Below are positions 37,856-54,928 of a stretch of 64,000 nucleotides of DNA, piece after piece; position 1 is the stretch's first letter, and every line of letters begins with the position of its first letter. Position numbers and translations under genes: made by a program. The notes under the pieces are model-generated. The model was given only the letters and a program-made list of their open reading frames with translations, was not told where the DNA came from and searched no databases. The stretch is taken from NCBI GenBank assembly GCA_951406725.2, contig OX597821.1, positions 41,602,001-41,666,000 on the forward strand, given 5' to 3'. Origin of the DNA: Octopus vulgaris (lineage: Eukaryota).

Positions 37856-38747
37856 GAAGAGTGAAAGATTCATGTCTCAGAGAGAAACATGATGTGTTTT
37901 GATGTTGTTGTTGTTCAACCCCAGGTCAGCCCTTGCTGAACAGATTTATAGTCAAAAGTATTTCACCCTAGAACTACATTGAGTGATTAATGCGTCATTA
38001 TTTTCTTTAAGACAGAAGAGTGTGACTCGCAGAACTCTTCCTGCTATTTCTAGCAGGCAGGGTCACCACATATAGGTCTTTATTAGCTCGTACCATGAAC
38101 ATGTCAAAACCTATAACATGTGTTGGTGTGCTAGTAAGAGAAGATAGTTTGGCTTTAGGCTGGAGCAAAGTCTGTGGATGTTGCTATCAGAGTTATAATG
38201 TATCACGTTTGTAGTCACTTGTGCTATATCCATGTATATGTCTTATATCTATGCATATACACTGATATCTTGAGAAAACAAAGCATTTCAAAAGATATCA
38301 AATAGATCCAAATAGTCATTGTGTGATTGAACGCTTCCTGGTGTGACATAAAGCACTAATTAGTAAGCCATTCGTAATTGCAATGCTGATGATAACGATG
38401 ATGAATGAGGAAGGTAAAACTAGTGATGGCGTTGGTGAAAGCGGTGGTGACGATAGCCACAATAATAATGCTACTGTTGATGACGAAGATGATGATGATG
38501 ATGATGATGATGGTGATCGACACACACACACATACACACACACACATACACACATAAAGCTATAAGCATATGCCAATATATAATTCTGTCAAGAACCATA
38601 TGGTTATTATCTGTACATCAGTCTCATCACATTAAAAATAATCACATATTGACAGCCGCTATGTGGATGATAACGTTTGATGCAATGTTATATCATCCAC
38701 ATGAATATATACACATACATATATATATATACATACATATATATATA

Positions 38748-38800
<53 letters not shown>

Positions 38801-39126
38801 TACATATATATATCTCTATATATATATATGTATATATATATATATACACACACATATATATACATATATAAATACATATGTGTGCGTGTGTGAAAGTTGG
38901 GTGTGCGTAGGTTTCTATTGAACCACATACACACACATACATACAAAACCATACATGTACACATGCATCGCAATCAGAAGATGAGATGTGACATGGAAAA
39001 CTTTCTTCCTCCTGTACGAGTACAGACGAGCTGTTTAATTCAATATATATCTCAGCAAAGGAAATAGAGTAAAGTTAGAAAACATGATACACACACACAC
39101 ACATGCACACAGACATAGTGTATTTT

Positions 39127-39171
<45 letters not shown>

Positions 39172-40962
39172 GTGTATATGTACATATACATACATATATG
39201 TATATGTTCATATGCATACTTCTATCTATACATGTGTTTATGTATGTATCTGCAGGCCATATATCTGCATATATATATATATATATTCTTATATGCATTT
39301 GTATGTATATATGTATATCAATACATTTATTTATTTATTCATATTCTGTTCGGTTTATGCATGTGCATATATGCATCTGCGTATAAACCATACATATAGG
39401 CTTATGTTCACATAAGCCTATATGTATGCATATTTAGAAATTGAAATATACTTGCAAACATACATACTCATACACACACATTCATACACACATACATACA
39501 CACATACACACATGCAAATGCACATATGCATGCATTATCCACACACATTATGTACATACTATACACACACGCGCACGCACTCACACACACATATACATTT
39601 CATACATATCTTCTTGGTTCCAATAAATAAGATTCAGTGAGAATATTTGTCTTCCATTTGACTAAATAAAAGCAATATTTCCTTTCATCGGATATAGTTT
39701 CGTTTGTCTGAAGAAGTGGGAATCTGTGTTGCGCTGGTGATAAGTGGACATGTCACATTGTCGGAATCAATTTGAGAAGTTATGAGTTTCAACCGAGCCA
39801 AGATGATTGTGTCAAAAAAGAAGTAATTGTCTTGTTTGGAGGAGCATTTTCAGGAGATAACTTGCATGGCATTATTTAGTGCTGCTTATTATGAAGATTT
39901 TCATAATAATCAATTGTTCATGCATAATTGTTTATGCCAATGGCAATGAAGGATACCTTTGGAATTTGGCTTTTTTCTTACTTTTTAAGCTCTTCAACAT
40001 ACTCGGAGATCAATTAATAAAATCTATTCTCAAGAGAATTTGAAAGAAAATATCTAATTTTAAAAATTTGTTTTCCAATATTTTTTCTATTAAAAATAAA
40101 AATAATAATAATAATAAGGAATTAAATTAACAAGATCTTTCGGGGGTTTGTTTGGTTTTTTTTTTTCTGTATGTTGTTGTTTTTTCCTTTTGGTATGTAA
40201 GTGCTTTTAGGTATTTGAAATTTTTATCATACAATAAGTTGTGTGTTTTGAAATTTTCAAAAACTGAAAGAAATATGCTGAGGTGTTTCTCAAGAGTACT
40301 TTTCAAGATGTTGATGGTAAATAGCGTGTCTAGAAATTCAACATCACTTGCTTGCACTTCCTGTTTGCTATTGAAGGAAATAAAATTTATATGCAAAGAG
40401 GTTTTTTCAATTGGTTAAATAAATAAAAAAAATGAAAATCTATTTAATATCTATATCATAATTAGATTCTATATCAACTTCAGAAGAACTAATTCTAAAT
40501 GCCGATGTTTATATAAACAATTTCTATAACTTGTAAAAACGCAATATAATGACATTAGCTTACACTTTCAAATCGCGTAATATGATGATCAATGTGGAAA
40601 GGTTTTTTTACTGAATTAACAAATAGGGTTACGTTCAGTTCTCCTGCTTCAATTTATATTAATTTGTGTTTATTACTTTAAGACATTAAATTTTAAATCA
40701 TTTTCATTGCAGAGATAAGGCCGCATGCTAACTAATTAAAAATAATCTCATATTATTTGAACACTAGAATAATTAATTTTAGAAACAGAGTTGATTTTGG
40801 TGAAAGGTAGCAGAACTACAGTAGAAGATGACATCACCAAGAACAGCATTCATTCAACTTTCAAAATAAACAAGTTGCAATCATAAGTTTGCCCCAGGCA
40901 TTAAACATTATTATGATAAGGATTTCATTCATTGAAACGTGGCTTCAAATTTATAGATGTCT

Positions 40963-41123
40963 AGGCATGGTTGTGTGGTTAAGAACTTTACTTTTTGTTT
41001 TTGGGGTTTTGGGTTCAGTCCCACTGTGTGATGCCTTAGTAAGTGTCTTCTACTATAACCCTGGGCCAATCAAATCTTTTTGTGTGTTGATTTGGTTGAT
41101 GGAAACAGAAAACAGCTTGTCAT
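40963..41123 (+). mobile_element. SINE family A, diverged 5' half
   Basis: GGCATGGTTGTGTGG...GGGTTCAGTCCCACTG. Confidence 0.7.
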
Positions 41124-41483
41124 CTATGTATATTATACACACACATACATACATACATACATACATACATACATACATACATACATACATACATACATAC
41201 ATACATACATACATACATGGCTACTCGACATGAAGAAAATTCTAATTGGGCCCCACCTGCTTGTCTTGATATGAGATCACTATGGCGCTTACATATGGTT
41301 GTGATGCATGTGTCTGGTGTACCCTTATCAGACAGGTAGTCATGATGGGTATACTGGGCTTCATATATTTTACCCCAAAATATAGCAGTATATATATATA
41401 TCGTTTATGGATTTGGTTTGCAAAATTCTTTATGTGAGTTCGTGTGTTGAAACATATTCTGTTGTGTCTGGGGAGAGTCTTTT

Positions 41484-41591
41484 TGTGCCTTCTAATTTAA
41501 CACACTCACTGGTAGAGTTTCCACTTAAAAATAAAAATAAGAAGAAATAAGAGGAAATTTTACAGGTGAGTGTGTTAAATTATAAGGCACA
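41484..41591. repeat. Imperfect inverted repeat, ~44-bp arms
   Basis: TGTGCCTTCTAATTTAACACACTCAC...GTGAGTGTGTTAAATTATAAGGCACA. Confidence 0.85.
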
Positions 41592-41739
41592 CATATATAT
41601 ATGTATATATGTATGTATAGAAAGAGAAAAGATGGGAAAACTCAGAAGATTTGTTTTACAGGATTTAAGAGTATATTAGAGCCATGCTAATAAAGATATA
41701 CAATTTTGTACAAAATAAGGTTTTGTTCTTTCAATATAA

Positions 41740-42480
41740 TTGAAGTAAGAACTGGTTTCACATTGCTCATCAAGCTGAGAGTCGAAAAAGATATATTGCT
41801 AGAGGGAAAAATATATACTGCTAGCAGAGATAATTCTTCATTCATTTATTTTGCAGTAAAGGGGAGGTAAATCTGTCATTTTAATTTTTTTATTTTTTTA
41901 TTGTTCTCTATTATATTCTGGCTTATATCTTACATTAGATGGGGTAAGTCCTTTATTTTTAATATGGGTTCATATTTAATTCTGGTTTATATTTTTGGAT
42001 AAACGAGGCATCTTTATTCAGGCTTACTTAAGTTGAGGTCCAGAAGGCAAGTTGATAAAATGGAAAAATTACGAATTGTGATTGTTATCATTCTGCACAT
42101 TCATCAATATGTTGACTGAGGTATATTTGGCGATAAGGGGAGAAAATTTGTTGTCTGGACAGCACATCTCTTTCGGATCAAATTTCCTGTTGAGCCAATA
42201 TAGTTTCAACGGCAGCCCAAACATCTGATTACGTAAATGAGGTTTTGGGAGGTGCAAGTGAAGTTAGATTTGATTTTGAATATTTGCCCTTGTCTGAAAT
42301 GGAATTCTGATCCTTCCAACAGATAGGAATGTGTTCTGCAATTAGGGTGACCACATTTTACGACTCTTGTTTCCTTTTTTCTACAGAGTAGTTTGGCATT
42401 GGTGAAAATATTCTTCAATGTCTAAGGCTGTTTGCTGCTCTTAATGATTTTATGGTTATGTAGAATTTCCTTCAGTTTTG
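41740..42480 (-). pseudogene. Penelope-like element GIY-YIG endonuclease remnant with 3' pLTR
   Basis: ORF 42206-42418 KCGHPNCRT...FTCTSQNLIYVIRCLGCR, continuing *NYIGSTG; decayed HHR TTGATGAGCAATGTGAAACCAGTT on minus strand at ~41750-41775. Confidence 0.85.
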
Positions 42481-42768
42481 TTGTCACAACATCTGTCTAA
42501 AAGAGGGGAAACTTTGAGAAAAAATCTTTCGACTTTGACAATATTCGATGATAAAGACTAGTTCTTCTTTATGAGTTTATGTAGTCCATGTTCAGAGAGT
42601 GGGATTGGTTTTGTGCAAGTCCTTTCTCCACTATAAAAAAATGCTCAGGCGTTGCTTGAAAAAGTAAGTTTTATCACAAAAATAGCTGGTTCTAGCCTTC
42701 ATATGTGTGGGACTTTCCATCAGGCAGTGGCAATACTTGAACATGAGTTTGCACCCACCATGTGTGTA

Positions 42769-43312
42769 TCATCATCATCATCATCGTTCAACGTCTGTTT
42801 TCCGTGCTAGCATGGGTTGGACGGTTCGACCGGGGTCTGGGAAGCCAGGAGGCTGCACCAGGCTCCAGTCTGATTTGGCAGTGTTTCTACAGCAGGATGC
42901 CCTTCCTAACGCCAACCACTCCGTGAGTGTAGTGGGTGCTTTTTACGTATCACTGGCACAGGTGTCAGGTCAGGCTGGCAGCAGCCACGATCGGTTGGTG
43001 CTTTTTATGTGCCACCTGCAGGGAGCCAGTCAAGGCGGCGCTGGCAATGGCCACGTTCGGATGGTACTTTTTACATGCCACCGGCACAGGTATCACAACT
43101 ACAATTTCCATTTGATATTTCGATGTTGAAGTAAATGACTCAATAGGTCTCCTCAAGCACAGGGTCGAACCTGCACAGGAGTCAGTCCAGCGGCACTGGC
43201 AATGACCTCGCCCGAATGTTTTGTTCACGTGCCACCAGCACAAATGCAAGTGCCAGTAAGGCGACGCTGGTAACGATCATGCTCAAAAGGTGCTTTTTAT
43301 GTGCCTTTTTAC
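42769..43312 (-). mobile_element. Family C retroposon
   Basis: Near-identical to 35694-36152. Confidence 0.85.
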
Positions 43313-43922
43313 GTATGTATATGTATTTCAGTAATGTGTTTATTAATTTTGAACACACACCTCATGAATTGTAGCCACAGTACTTTGGTTGTTCTTGAAT
43401 ACGTCTCTGTAGCGGAATCTTAGAACATGGAATTGCTTATAGGAATGGTCGTTTTTAATTGTTTTGATCTATGAATGGCTTTTAAGAAAGAGACACCATC
43501 AAAGTAAAGAACAAGAGGAAACGTCTAAGAATGAAAAATACTAACGATCAAATTCCTAAGGATGATAAAACTAAGTTCCTGGAACAACAACATCCAAGAA
43601 TACAGACAAACAGAAAAACTAATGTTTAGTTACAGCAGAAAAGGTAAAAGAAACAGAATCAACTTTCCTAATCCTCTCACAACCATGATAAGAAAAGAAG
43701 ATCTCCGGGAAAAATGATAATGATCAAAAATGATGAGAAGAAAAAGAGAAAATAAAAGATAAAGAAAATGAAAAGGAAGATAACATCGTGGAATTCTTGC
43801 AGCCAAGAAAACAAAAGAATGAATTTGTAGAGAATGGTTTCTTTGTGGGTTATATGCAATATATGGGGAAAAAAACAAATTTTTGAAACTACACATATAT
43901 ATTATTCAAGTTGAGGTGTATG

Positions 43923-43981
<59 letters not shown>

Positions 43982-44021
43982 ATATATATACATATACATA
44001 TATATATATATACATACATAT

Positions 44022-44071
<50 letters not shown>

Positions 44072-44685
44072 AAGGGTATATGTGTGTGTGTTTGGAAGGA
44101 AGGGAAACTGTATTAGAGATTATCTTTACATAAATTACTATTTCAAATCAGCAGACAATGGTATAGAAATTCTTAAAGAGAATTGGTAAAGGTACCAATC
44201 ACATAAATTTGGACTTAATGGTTGATGGAAAAAGAAACGTAATTGCTGTTGTTGTTGTGATTAGTACCACCATAATTGCTGGTAATTAGTGTGGCAACTG
44301 CAACTAGGTGAGAATGCGAGTGAGTAGTATTCCCCGAAGGGAACTGGTACGGCACCAAGCCCATAAATGCAGACTTAATACTTCTTGTTGAAAGAAGAAT
44401 AATTGCACCTGTTTTTATTATTAGAGCCATCGCAATTCCTGACTGTAGTTAGGTGCAAGAATGAGTGAGGGGAGTTAAAAAGCAAGCAATTTTATGAGGA
44501 AGGGGCCTGTTGATACTTGACCTTTTTATTTAATCAACCCAGGAGAGATGGGAAAGTTGACCTTTGCAGGGATTGAACTCAGAATGTAAGAAGTCAGGGC
44601 AAGCACTGCAAGGTATTTTTACGAATAGTTTAACTACAATTTTTCTCATAATTCAACCATTCAACAACCCTTAATTTATAATTTA

Positions 44686-45072
44686 CTAGCAGTATCGCCC
44701 GGCGTTGCTCGGGTTTGTAAGGGAAATAACTATATAAGCATTTTTAGAGAGTTATAGCCAAAAAATAGCAAAAAAATGCATTAAAAATGGAAAAAAAATG
44801 ATGGTAAATTATTTTTAAAATCGTTGACTCATCGTAGACATTTTTTGAGAGTTACTTCCCTTATGTAATAGCGAAAAAAATGCATTAAAATGGAAAAAAA
44901 TTATGGTAATTTTTTTTTAAATCGTAGACTCATCATAGACGCGCGCTAATACCCAGAAGGGATCGATATGAATCACGACTATAAGATACCCGGTTTTGAT
45001 TAAACTGCGCCGCAAAATGTGGGAGTAGTTAGGAATCTAAATCGTAGGAGACTTCACTTTTATATATAAAGA
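44686..45072 (-). mobile_element. Non-autonomous Helitron, second copy
   Basis: TC...hairpin-CTAG on minus strand, A|T insertion; shares termini with 1751-2263. Confidence 0.85.
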
Positions 45073-45584
45073 TAATTTAGTTACAAGACTAGCACTTTGC
45101 CAGGGAGTAGGGGGTCAGTCTATTATATGAGCCCCAGTGCATGACTGTTACTTTTATTATACCTGGAAGAATGAGTTCAAATCCTTGGTGGGATTTGAAC
45201 TCAGAATATAAAGAATTTAGCAAAATACTGCTACACATTTGTATGTGTTTGTGAGTGTGTGAGTATATGAGTGTGTGCATGTGTCAATGTATGTGAGTGT
45301 GTATGAAAGTGTGTGTGCATGTGTGAATGTGTGTCTGTGTATGTGTGTGTATGTGTTACTGTCTCTTTGCCTTGTCTTTGCAGAATAGCTGTAAACATCA
45401 TGATGGTAATTTGCTTTGTTTCCAGTCTCCCACGAAAACATGTCTGGCCATGGAGAAATATTAGCAACATTACCTAACTTGGAAGTAGGTGAGGGCTGGT
45501 GACAGGAAAGGCATCTGACTGTAGAAAATCCACTTCAGAAAATTCTATCCAACTCATGAAAGCATGGAAAAGTGAATGTTAAAA

Positions 45585-45919
45585 TGATGATGATGATGAT
45601 GATGATGATGACGATGACGATGTTGAGGATGATCATGGTGGTGGTAGTGGTGGGGAATGAAGATGATGATGGTGATGATGATGATGATGATGATGATGAC
45701 GATGTTGAGGATGATCATGGTGGTGGTAGTGGTTGGGAATGAGGATGATGATGGTGATGATGATGATGATGACGATGATGATGATGATGATGATGATGAC
45801 GATGGTGATGATGATGATGATGATGATGACGACGACGATGATGATGATGATAATGATGATGACGATGTTGAGGAAGATCATGGTGGTGGTAGTGGTGGGG
45901 AATGAGGATGATGATGGTG

Positions 45920-45983
<64 letters not shown>

Positions 45984-46152
45984 CGATGATGCTGAGAATT
46001 ATAATGATGATAATGACAATGGTGATGATGATGATGACAGCAATGATGATGATGGTGATGATAATGATGATGACAACGACGACAATGACAAAGACAATGA
46101 CGCCGATGACAAAAATGATGCTGATGATGACGACGACGACGACAATGATGAT
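45585..46152. repeat. (GAT)n-rich compound microsatellite with three higher-order units
   Basis: Spacer GATGTTGAGGA(T/A)GATCATGGTGGTGGTAGTGG recurs three times. Confidence 0.9.
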
Positions 46153-46589
46153 ATTCGTAATTCCTTGCTGACATTCTGCTTTTTTTTTTCTCTCCATCTG
46201 TTTTGGTCCCCAGATCCTGATTCCAAAGTCTGATATTATAATATTAAATATTTCACATTTTCTCAAAGTTCTCCCGTCTTTCTTCCATTATTCCTCCACA
46301 CAGCGCGGTGCCATTTATCTTGTAATTTACTCACATTCGATGATGAAATCACAAAGGATGTGAATGTTCTCAGACTTTCTTCTGTTTCTTGGGCAATTAT
46401 CTCATTACATTGCTTTGCTTCCCAATTGAAATTCTTCACAATTTCCAACTTGACAATTTCCTCCACATTCAACACTCGCTCATCTCTCCTCTGCTTCCTC
46501 CTGCCATTTATTGCTTTACTTTAAAGTAAATGCACTCAACGCATGGCTTATAGTGTAGACTCACTTACTGCAGATTTTGTTGTTCATAT

Positions 46590-47090
46590 GGGTGTTGTTG
46601 TTGTTGTAGTGGTGGTGGTGGTGGTCGTCGTCGTCGTCGTTGTCATCGATGTTGTCATGATGATGGCGGCAGTGGTGGTGGTGGTGGTGATAGTGGTGGT
46701 GGTGGTGGTGGTGGTGGTGATAATGGTGGTGGTCGTCGTGGTCGTGGTCGTCGTCGTCGTTGTCATCGATATTGTCATGATGGTGGCTGCAGTGGCAAGG
46801 TGTTAGTGGTGGTGGTGGTGGTTGTGGTGGTGGTGGCGGCGGCGACAGTGGTGGTGGTGGTGATATTGGTGATGGTGGTAGTGGTGGTGATAGTGGTGGT
46901 GATAGTGGTGGTGATAGTGGTGGTGATAGTGGTGGTGATGGTGGTGGTGTTGATGGTGGTGGTTGTGGTGGTGGTGGTGGTGGTGGTGATACTTGCTGCC
47001 ACTGTTGTGGCTGCTGCCGCTGCTGCTGCTGTTGTTTTATTGATCTCGTCACTGCTGCAGCTGATGGTGATATTGATGGTGATGTTAGCT
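46590..47090. repeat. (GGT/GTC/GCT)n compound microsatellite
   Basis: Low-complexity trinucleotide runs. Confidence 0.92.
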
Positions 47091-47608
47091 GAATGACCAG
47101 TCCTGGTTGAGCAAACATACAATCAAATAATGATCCATCCATGACTGTCCTGTCTTTTGATATATCTGTGATTAAACTACCCAAAGTGTCCTTTCTGCTT
47201 TTAACATACAAGGCAATAATCAGAGAAAGATTTGGCTTCTATTTCTAGCAAACTAAGTGGTAGCATAGAGTAGTGTTTCTTGAGGTGAGGGCATATGCCC
47301 CAGCTCTAGGTGGAACATGTCAATAAGTCAGCAGAGCATGGCTTACTAAAGAATAGGGAGTATGCAACCGGTATTCTTTTATTGACCCCAAAAGGATGAA
47401 AAGCAAAGTCAACCCTGGTGGAATTTGAACTCAGAACACAAGGACCGCCGAAATGCCACTAAGCATTTTTCCTGGCATGCTAATGATTCTGCCAGCTGAC
47501 CACTTATATAATATATATGTGCAGCCTCTCAGCTTACCACCAGCACTGGTTAAAACTGTCCAACTCTTGCCAGCATGGACAGCGGATGTTAAATGATGAT
47601 GATGATGA

Positions 47609-47646
<38 letters not shown>

Positions 47647-47916
47647 TTTTTTTTTCTACTCTTGGAAAAAGGGCCAAAATTTTTGGGGGATGGGGGCAAT
47701 CGATTAGATCAACCCCAGCATGCAACTGGTACTTTATTTGTTGACCCTGGAAAGATGAAATACTGCTAAGCATTTCACCTGGCATGCTAACGTTTCTGCC
47801 AGGTTACACCTATATCCAGCTGGCAGAAGATGTGCCTGGGGTTAAAAGGGTACTAACATTGAATAGCCATATTGATGTGGCAATTAACTTACTTATGATA
47901 TGTATATATATATATG

Positions 47917-48220
<304 letters not shown>

Positions 48221-48669
48221 GGTATACATGCACATACATAAACATTTTATTCTCAAATGTTATGCATTTAAGCAGGACAAAAAGAGCAGAGACCTAAGAA
48301 TGAAATCAATGAGATAGGTGCAGTATGAAAAATTCATGCGACTGTGTGAGACCCTTTTTCCCCTGTCGACATATTCTCTTACCAGTTTCATAGCAACAGG
48401 TAAAAGGTTAAATACATTTACACTTAACTAAAACTGAATTGAAATGGAAGCTAGCGAAACACGCCACTGAAGGCCTTTTTCTGGGGTTGTAGTAGGAAAT
48501 GTCACTGTATATTACCATATTACCATTCTAGTCGTGGCAAAGTGGAATTGAATGTTACCATACAGTAGTTTGGATAGAATCAGGAATAAAAGAATTCCAG
48601 CAGCAAATGGAAAAAAAAAAAGTAGAGAAAAATCAAAGAAAATCGATGAATCATTCTTAAAAACACATG

Positions 48670-51160
<2,491 letters not shown>

Positions 51161-52680
51161 TGCTTATTAGTTTCTTATTTTTGTCTTCTTTATCTTCTTG
51201 CTGATTTATATATTTTTGTTTGTTGGTGAGCAAGATTGAGACTGTCGCTGTAAAGTCACATTGTTACAGATGTAGATTCACTGCATCTTCCTGCTTATCT
51301 TTAGATATTCAAAAGTGTGGCAGAGAATATCCAACAGACCAAGAGCTGCTGCTGCTGCTGCTGCTGTTGTTGTTGTTGTTGTTGGTGGTGGTTTGCTTTT
51401 GTAGTTGTTGATGGCTGAAGTTATTTCAGAGTGGAGTAGAAAACTGTGGAAGAGAGAATATCAACTGAACTGATTGATTCCCGGTTCGAGTTCTTCCATC
51501 ACAACAGCAATATCTTCATCCTCATCATCATTGTCATCATCATTGTCATCATCATCGTCATCATTATCATCATCACCATCATTGTCATTTAACGTCCGTT
51601 TTCAAGGCTGGCATGGGTTGGACAATCCAGAGCTATGTACCTGGCTCATATGTCTGACTGGCATGGTTTCTATGCGTGGATGCCCTTCCTAATGCCAAAC
51701 CCTTTATTAGGTGTACTGGGGGCTTTTTATGTAGAATCACAGACGCCTTTTACATGGCAGCAACACAGGCCCTTTTTATGTGGCAGCAGCACCGAAGTTC
51801 TTCATGTGACAGCAGTCTGAGTGCTTTGTATAGAGAACAAGAAGAGGTGCTTTTTACATGGCCCCAGCATCGATACATTTTATGTGGCACCAGCACAGGT
51901 GATTTTTACACAACACCAGTATGGGAAAATTAAGCTCTCAGCAGTCAATCCACCAGCTATTCTTCACATCTTGGAATAGGGGTCACATGATGTAAGAATT
52001 TAAGGATGTATGAGCAAATAAAAGAGCCCCCTACAGCAGTCAAGGGGACCGTGTAGGCTGAGGGTTTTCTGAAAGCATGCCTAATGAAAAATTACCTCCT
52101 GTCTTTATAGGATGACGATGAGCCATATCTCATACAGCCTGCTTCTTGATAAAGATTACCCCTGATTGCTCGATAGGGGCATTTTGCCAGCTAGAAAAAG
52201 CAACCAAATCTCTCTCAAATATGTATTTATCATTCTTAAAAAGATATGGTACATTGGATCATGAATTCCTAGATTCACTGCACACAATAAGAGATAAAAT
52301 GATCCTAAATGGTAAAGCTTTTATCACAAGTCAGCACAGTTAAAACTGGTTAAACAACCAAAAATTTGGATCATGCAGGATGAAAAGGTTTTATCAGTCT
52401 CATTTGCTGAACTGCTAATGTTCTGAGAAGCATTATTTTCTGAACTTAAACTAAACTAAAACAATTGCAGCATGGAAGGTGTCTTTAAGCCATTTAAAAA
52501 TCACACAAAAACCGTTAGATTCACTTCAACATTTAAATTTAAGTTGTCAAAATATTTTCCTGGCTTTCAAACCATGACCTGATCACCGACAAAATTCTGT
52601 GCTGCATCTCAAACTAAATTAAAGAAGAAATACTAAAATATGAAGACTGTAGCACAAAAGAAGGTTTTACCTTCAATTAT

Positions 52681-52892
52681 TCTTTTATTCTTTTACTTGT
52701 TTCAGTCATTTGACTGTGGCCATGGTGGAGCATCGCCTTTAGATGAGCAAATTGATCCCAGGAATTATTCTTTGTAAGCCTAGTACTTATTTTATCAGCC
52801 TCTTTTGCCAAACTAATAAATTACAGGGATGTAAACACACCAGCATCGGTTGTCAAGTACAGACACACAAACATATACACACACATACATAC

Positions 52893-52946
<54 letters not shown>

Positions 52947-53083
52947 TATATACGACGGGCTCACAAGGTTTTGATCGGCCCGAGGTTATAGTAGAAGACA
53001 CTTGCCCAAGGTGCCACGCAGTGGGACTGAACTCATAACCATGTGATTGGGAAGCAAGCTACTTACCACACAGCCACTCCTGT
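52681..53083 (-). mobile_element. SINE family A, full length
   Basis: Reverse complement of family A. Confidence 0.85.
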
Positions 53084-53367
53084 ATTTAATAAATGAAAAA
53101 CGCATTAAATACTACAAAACGTACATGTAGGGCAGACACCAGAACACTAATACTTCATCAGTTATTAACCTAAAAATACTTTCATGCATTTCATGCTTAC
53201 AAATAGTTTCATGCCTTTAATGATAGGACTAGGAACTTCATATATTGGCAGCACCTGCAAGATTTGCAGAGAATTAGGGATTAAGCAAACAAAATAACAC
53301 AGGTTGGATATACGAAAATAAACAATAGTAATTTGAAATGATAGATGAATAAATATATACATACATA

Positions 53368-53413
<46 letters not shown>

Positions 53414-53496
53414 TGCACACATACATCTAATTGAGAAACATCCCAGCTAAGGGTCAAACTAGGACTAGACTTATCAACTTTGATATAATAGATATA

Positions 53497-54035
53497 TCAT
53501 CATCATCATTATCATCATTTAACGTCCGTTTTCTGTGCTGGCATGGGTTGGATGGTTTGACAGAAGCTGGTCAACTGGAGAGTTGTCCAGGCTCCAATTG
53601 TCTGCTTTGGGCAAGGTTTCTATGGCTCAGTCCCCCTCCTAATGCCAGCTTCTTTACATCATGATCTTGGTGCTTTCTATGTGGCACCAGCACAGGGGCT
53701 TTGTATATAGCACCAGAACCCATGACTCTGCAAGATAAGGACCTCTCGGCTGAGAGAGGCAATGGAGGGCATAGCTGTAAAGGACATACCTGTATGTATG
53801 GATGGCCATGTCTTCTCAAACACAACAAATTGACAACAGTCTCAGTCCCTGGTCATTTCCTCAGGGAGGTCCAACATTTGAAGATCCTTTCTCACCACTT
53901 TGTCCTACAACTTCCTGGGTCTACCTCTTCCACAGGTTCCCTCCACAATTAGAGATTGGCAGCTGTCCTCATCCATGTACATCACATGACCACCCCAGCT
54001 GAGTCTTTTCTCTTGGACACTACAATTGATGCCTC
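53497..54035 (-). pseudogene. RTE-clade LINE 3' end (ORF C-terminus, 3' UTR and (GAT)n tail)
   Basis: Minus strand IVEGTCGRGRPRKL*DKVVRKDLQMLDLPEEMTRD; its UTR matches the family C tail. Confidence 0.8.
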
Positions 54036-54059
54036 TTATTCCCAATATATAGAAACCTC

Positions 54060-54671
54060 ACAGAGGCAATGACTAGTGACCGAGACTTTTGGCAATGTGC
54101 TCTGCTTAAGAGGACCTGTCAAGCCAAGTGCACCCATGCTGGTGGTACATGTAAAAATTAACCTTTGAACATTGAGCCTGACAGAGGCAAAGTGGCTGAG
54201 TACCTTTCGAATGTTGGGCCTCATGGAGGCAAAGTCGCCGAGTTCCTTTCGAGTGTTGGGCCTCATGGAGGCAAAGTGGCCGAGTTCCTTTCGAGTGTTG
54301 GGCCTCATGGAGGCAAAGTGGCCGAGTACCTTTCGAGTGTTGGGCCTCATGGAGGTAAAGTATTGGGCCTCATGGAGGCAATGACCAAGACCTTTGGCAT
54401 TATGTTGTGCTTGAGAAGAAGACCCATGAAGCTGACAAAATCACAGTCATGGCAGATACTAGTGTCACGTACATGGCACCCATGATGGGGGCACATAAAA
54501 GCATCTATTACACTCTCAGAGTAGTTGGTGTTAGGAAGGGCATCCAGCTGTAGAGACCATGCCAAATCAGACCAGAGTCTGGTGCAGCCTTCCAGCATGC
54601 CATCCTTGGTCAAACCATCCAACCCATGCCAGCATGTGCCAGCATGGACAACGGACACTAAATGATGATGA
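54060..54671 (+). mobile_element. Family C retroposon containing a 42-bp tandem array (54184-54380)
   Basis: Unit GAGGCAAAGTGGCCGAGTACCTTTCGAGTGTTGGGCCTCATG about 4.5 times; tail AGGAAGGGCATCCAGCTGTAG...ATGATGATG. Confidence 0.75.
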
Positions 54672-54928
54672 TATATATGTGTGTGTGTGTGTGTGTTATA
54701 TATTATTCCAAATGAATGAAAGGAGAGTGTTCAGTACGTGTTGTAGATTACATGGTTTATCAAAACCAAATTCTTATCACATGACTTGATCTTTGCACCA
54801 CTGCAATCTTTAGTTCCCTCCTGAAGATTGCAGAGGCCTGAAATTCAAGTCAGGAGATTAAAGCTTTAATTTCATTACACACACACACATCTTAGTTGTA
54901 TATACATACATTTGTGTATGTGTACATA

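Noticed and set aside
43470-43880. A-rich coding-like stretch
   Set aside because: Multiple stops and no identifiable motif; probably decayed TE sequence.
44398-44420. AATTGCAC as a miR-92-like sequence
   Set aside because: Only the seed matches; the rest differs and no hairpin partner is evident.
45633-47211. Poly-D/H/P/T/V ORFs
   Set aside because: Translations of (GAT)n and (GGT)n tracts.
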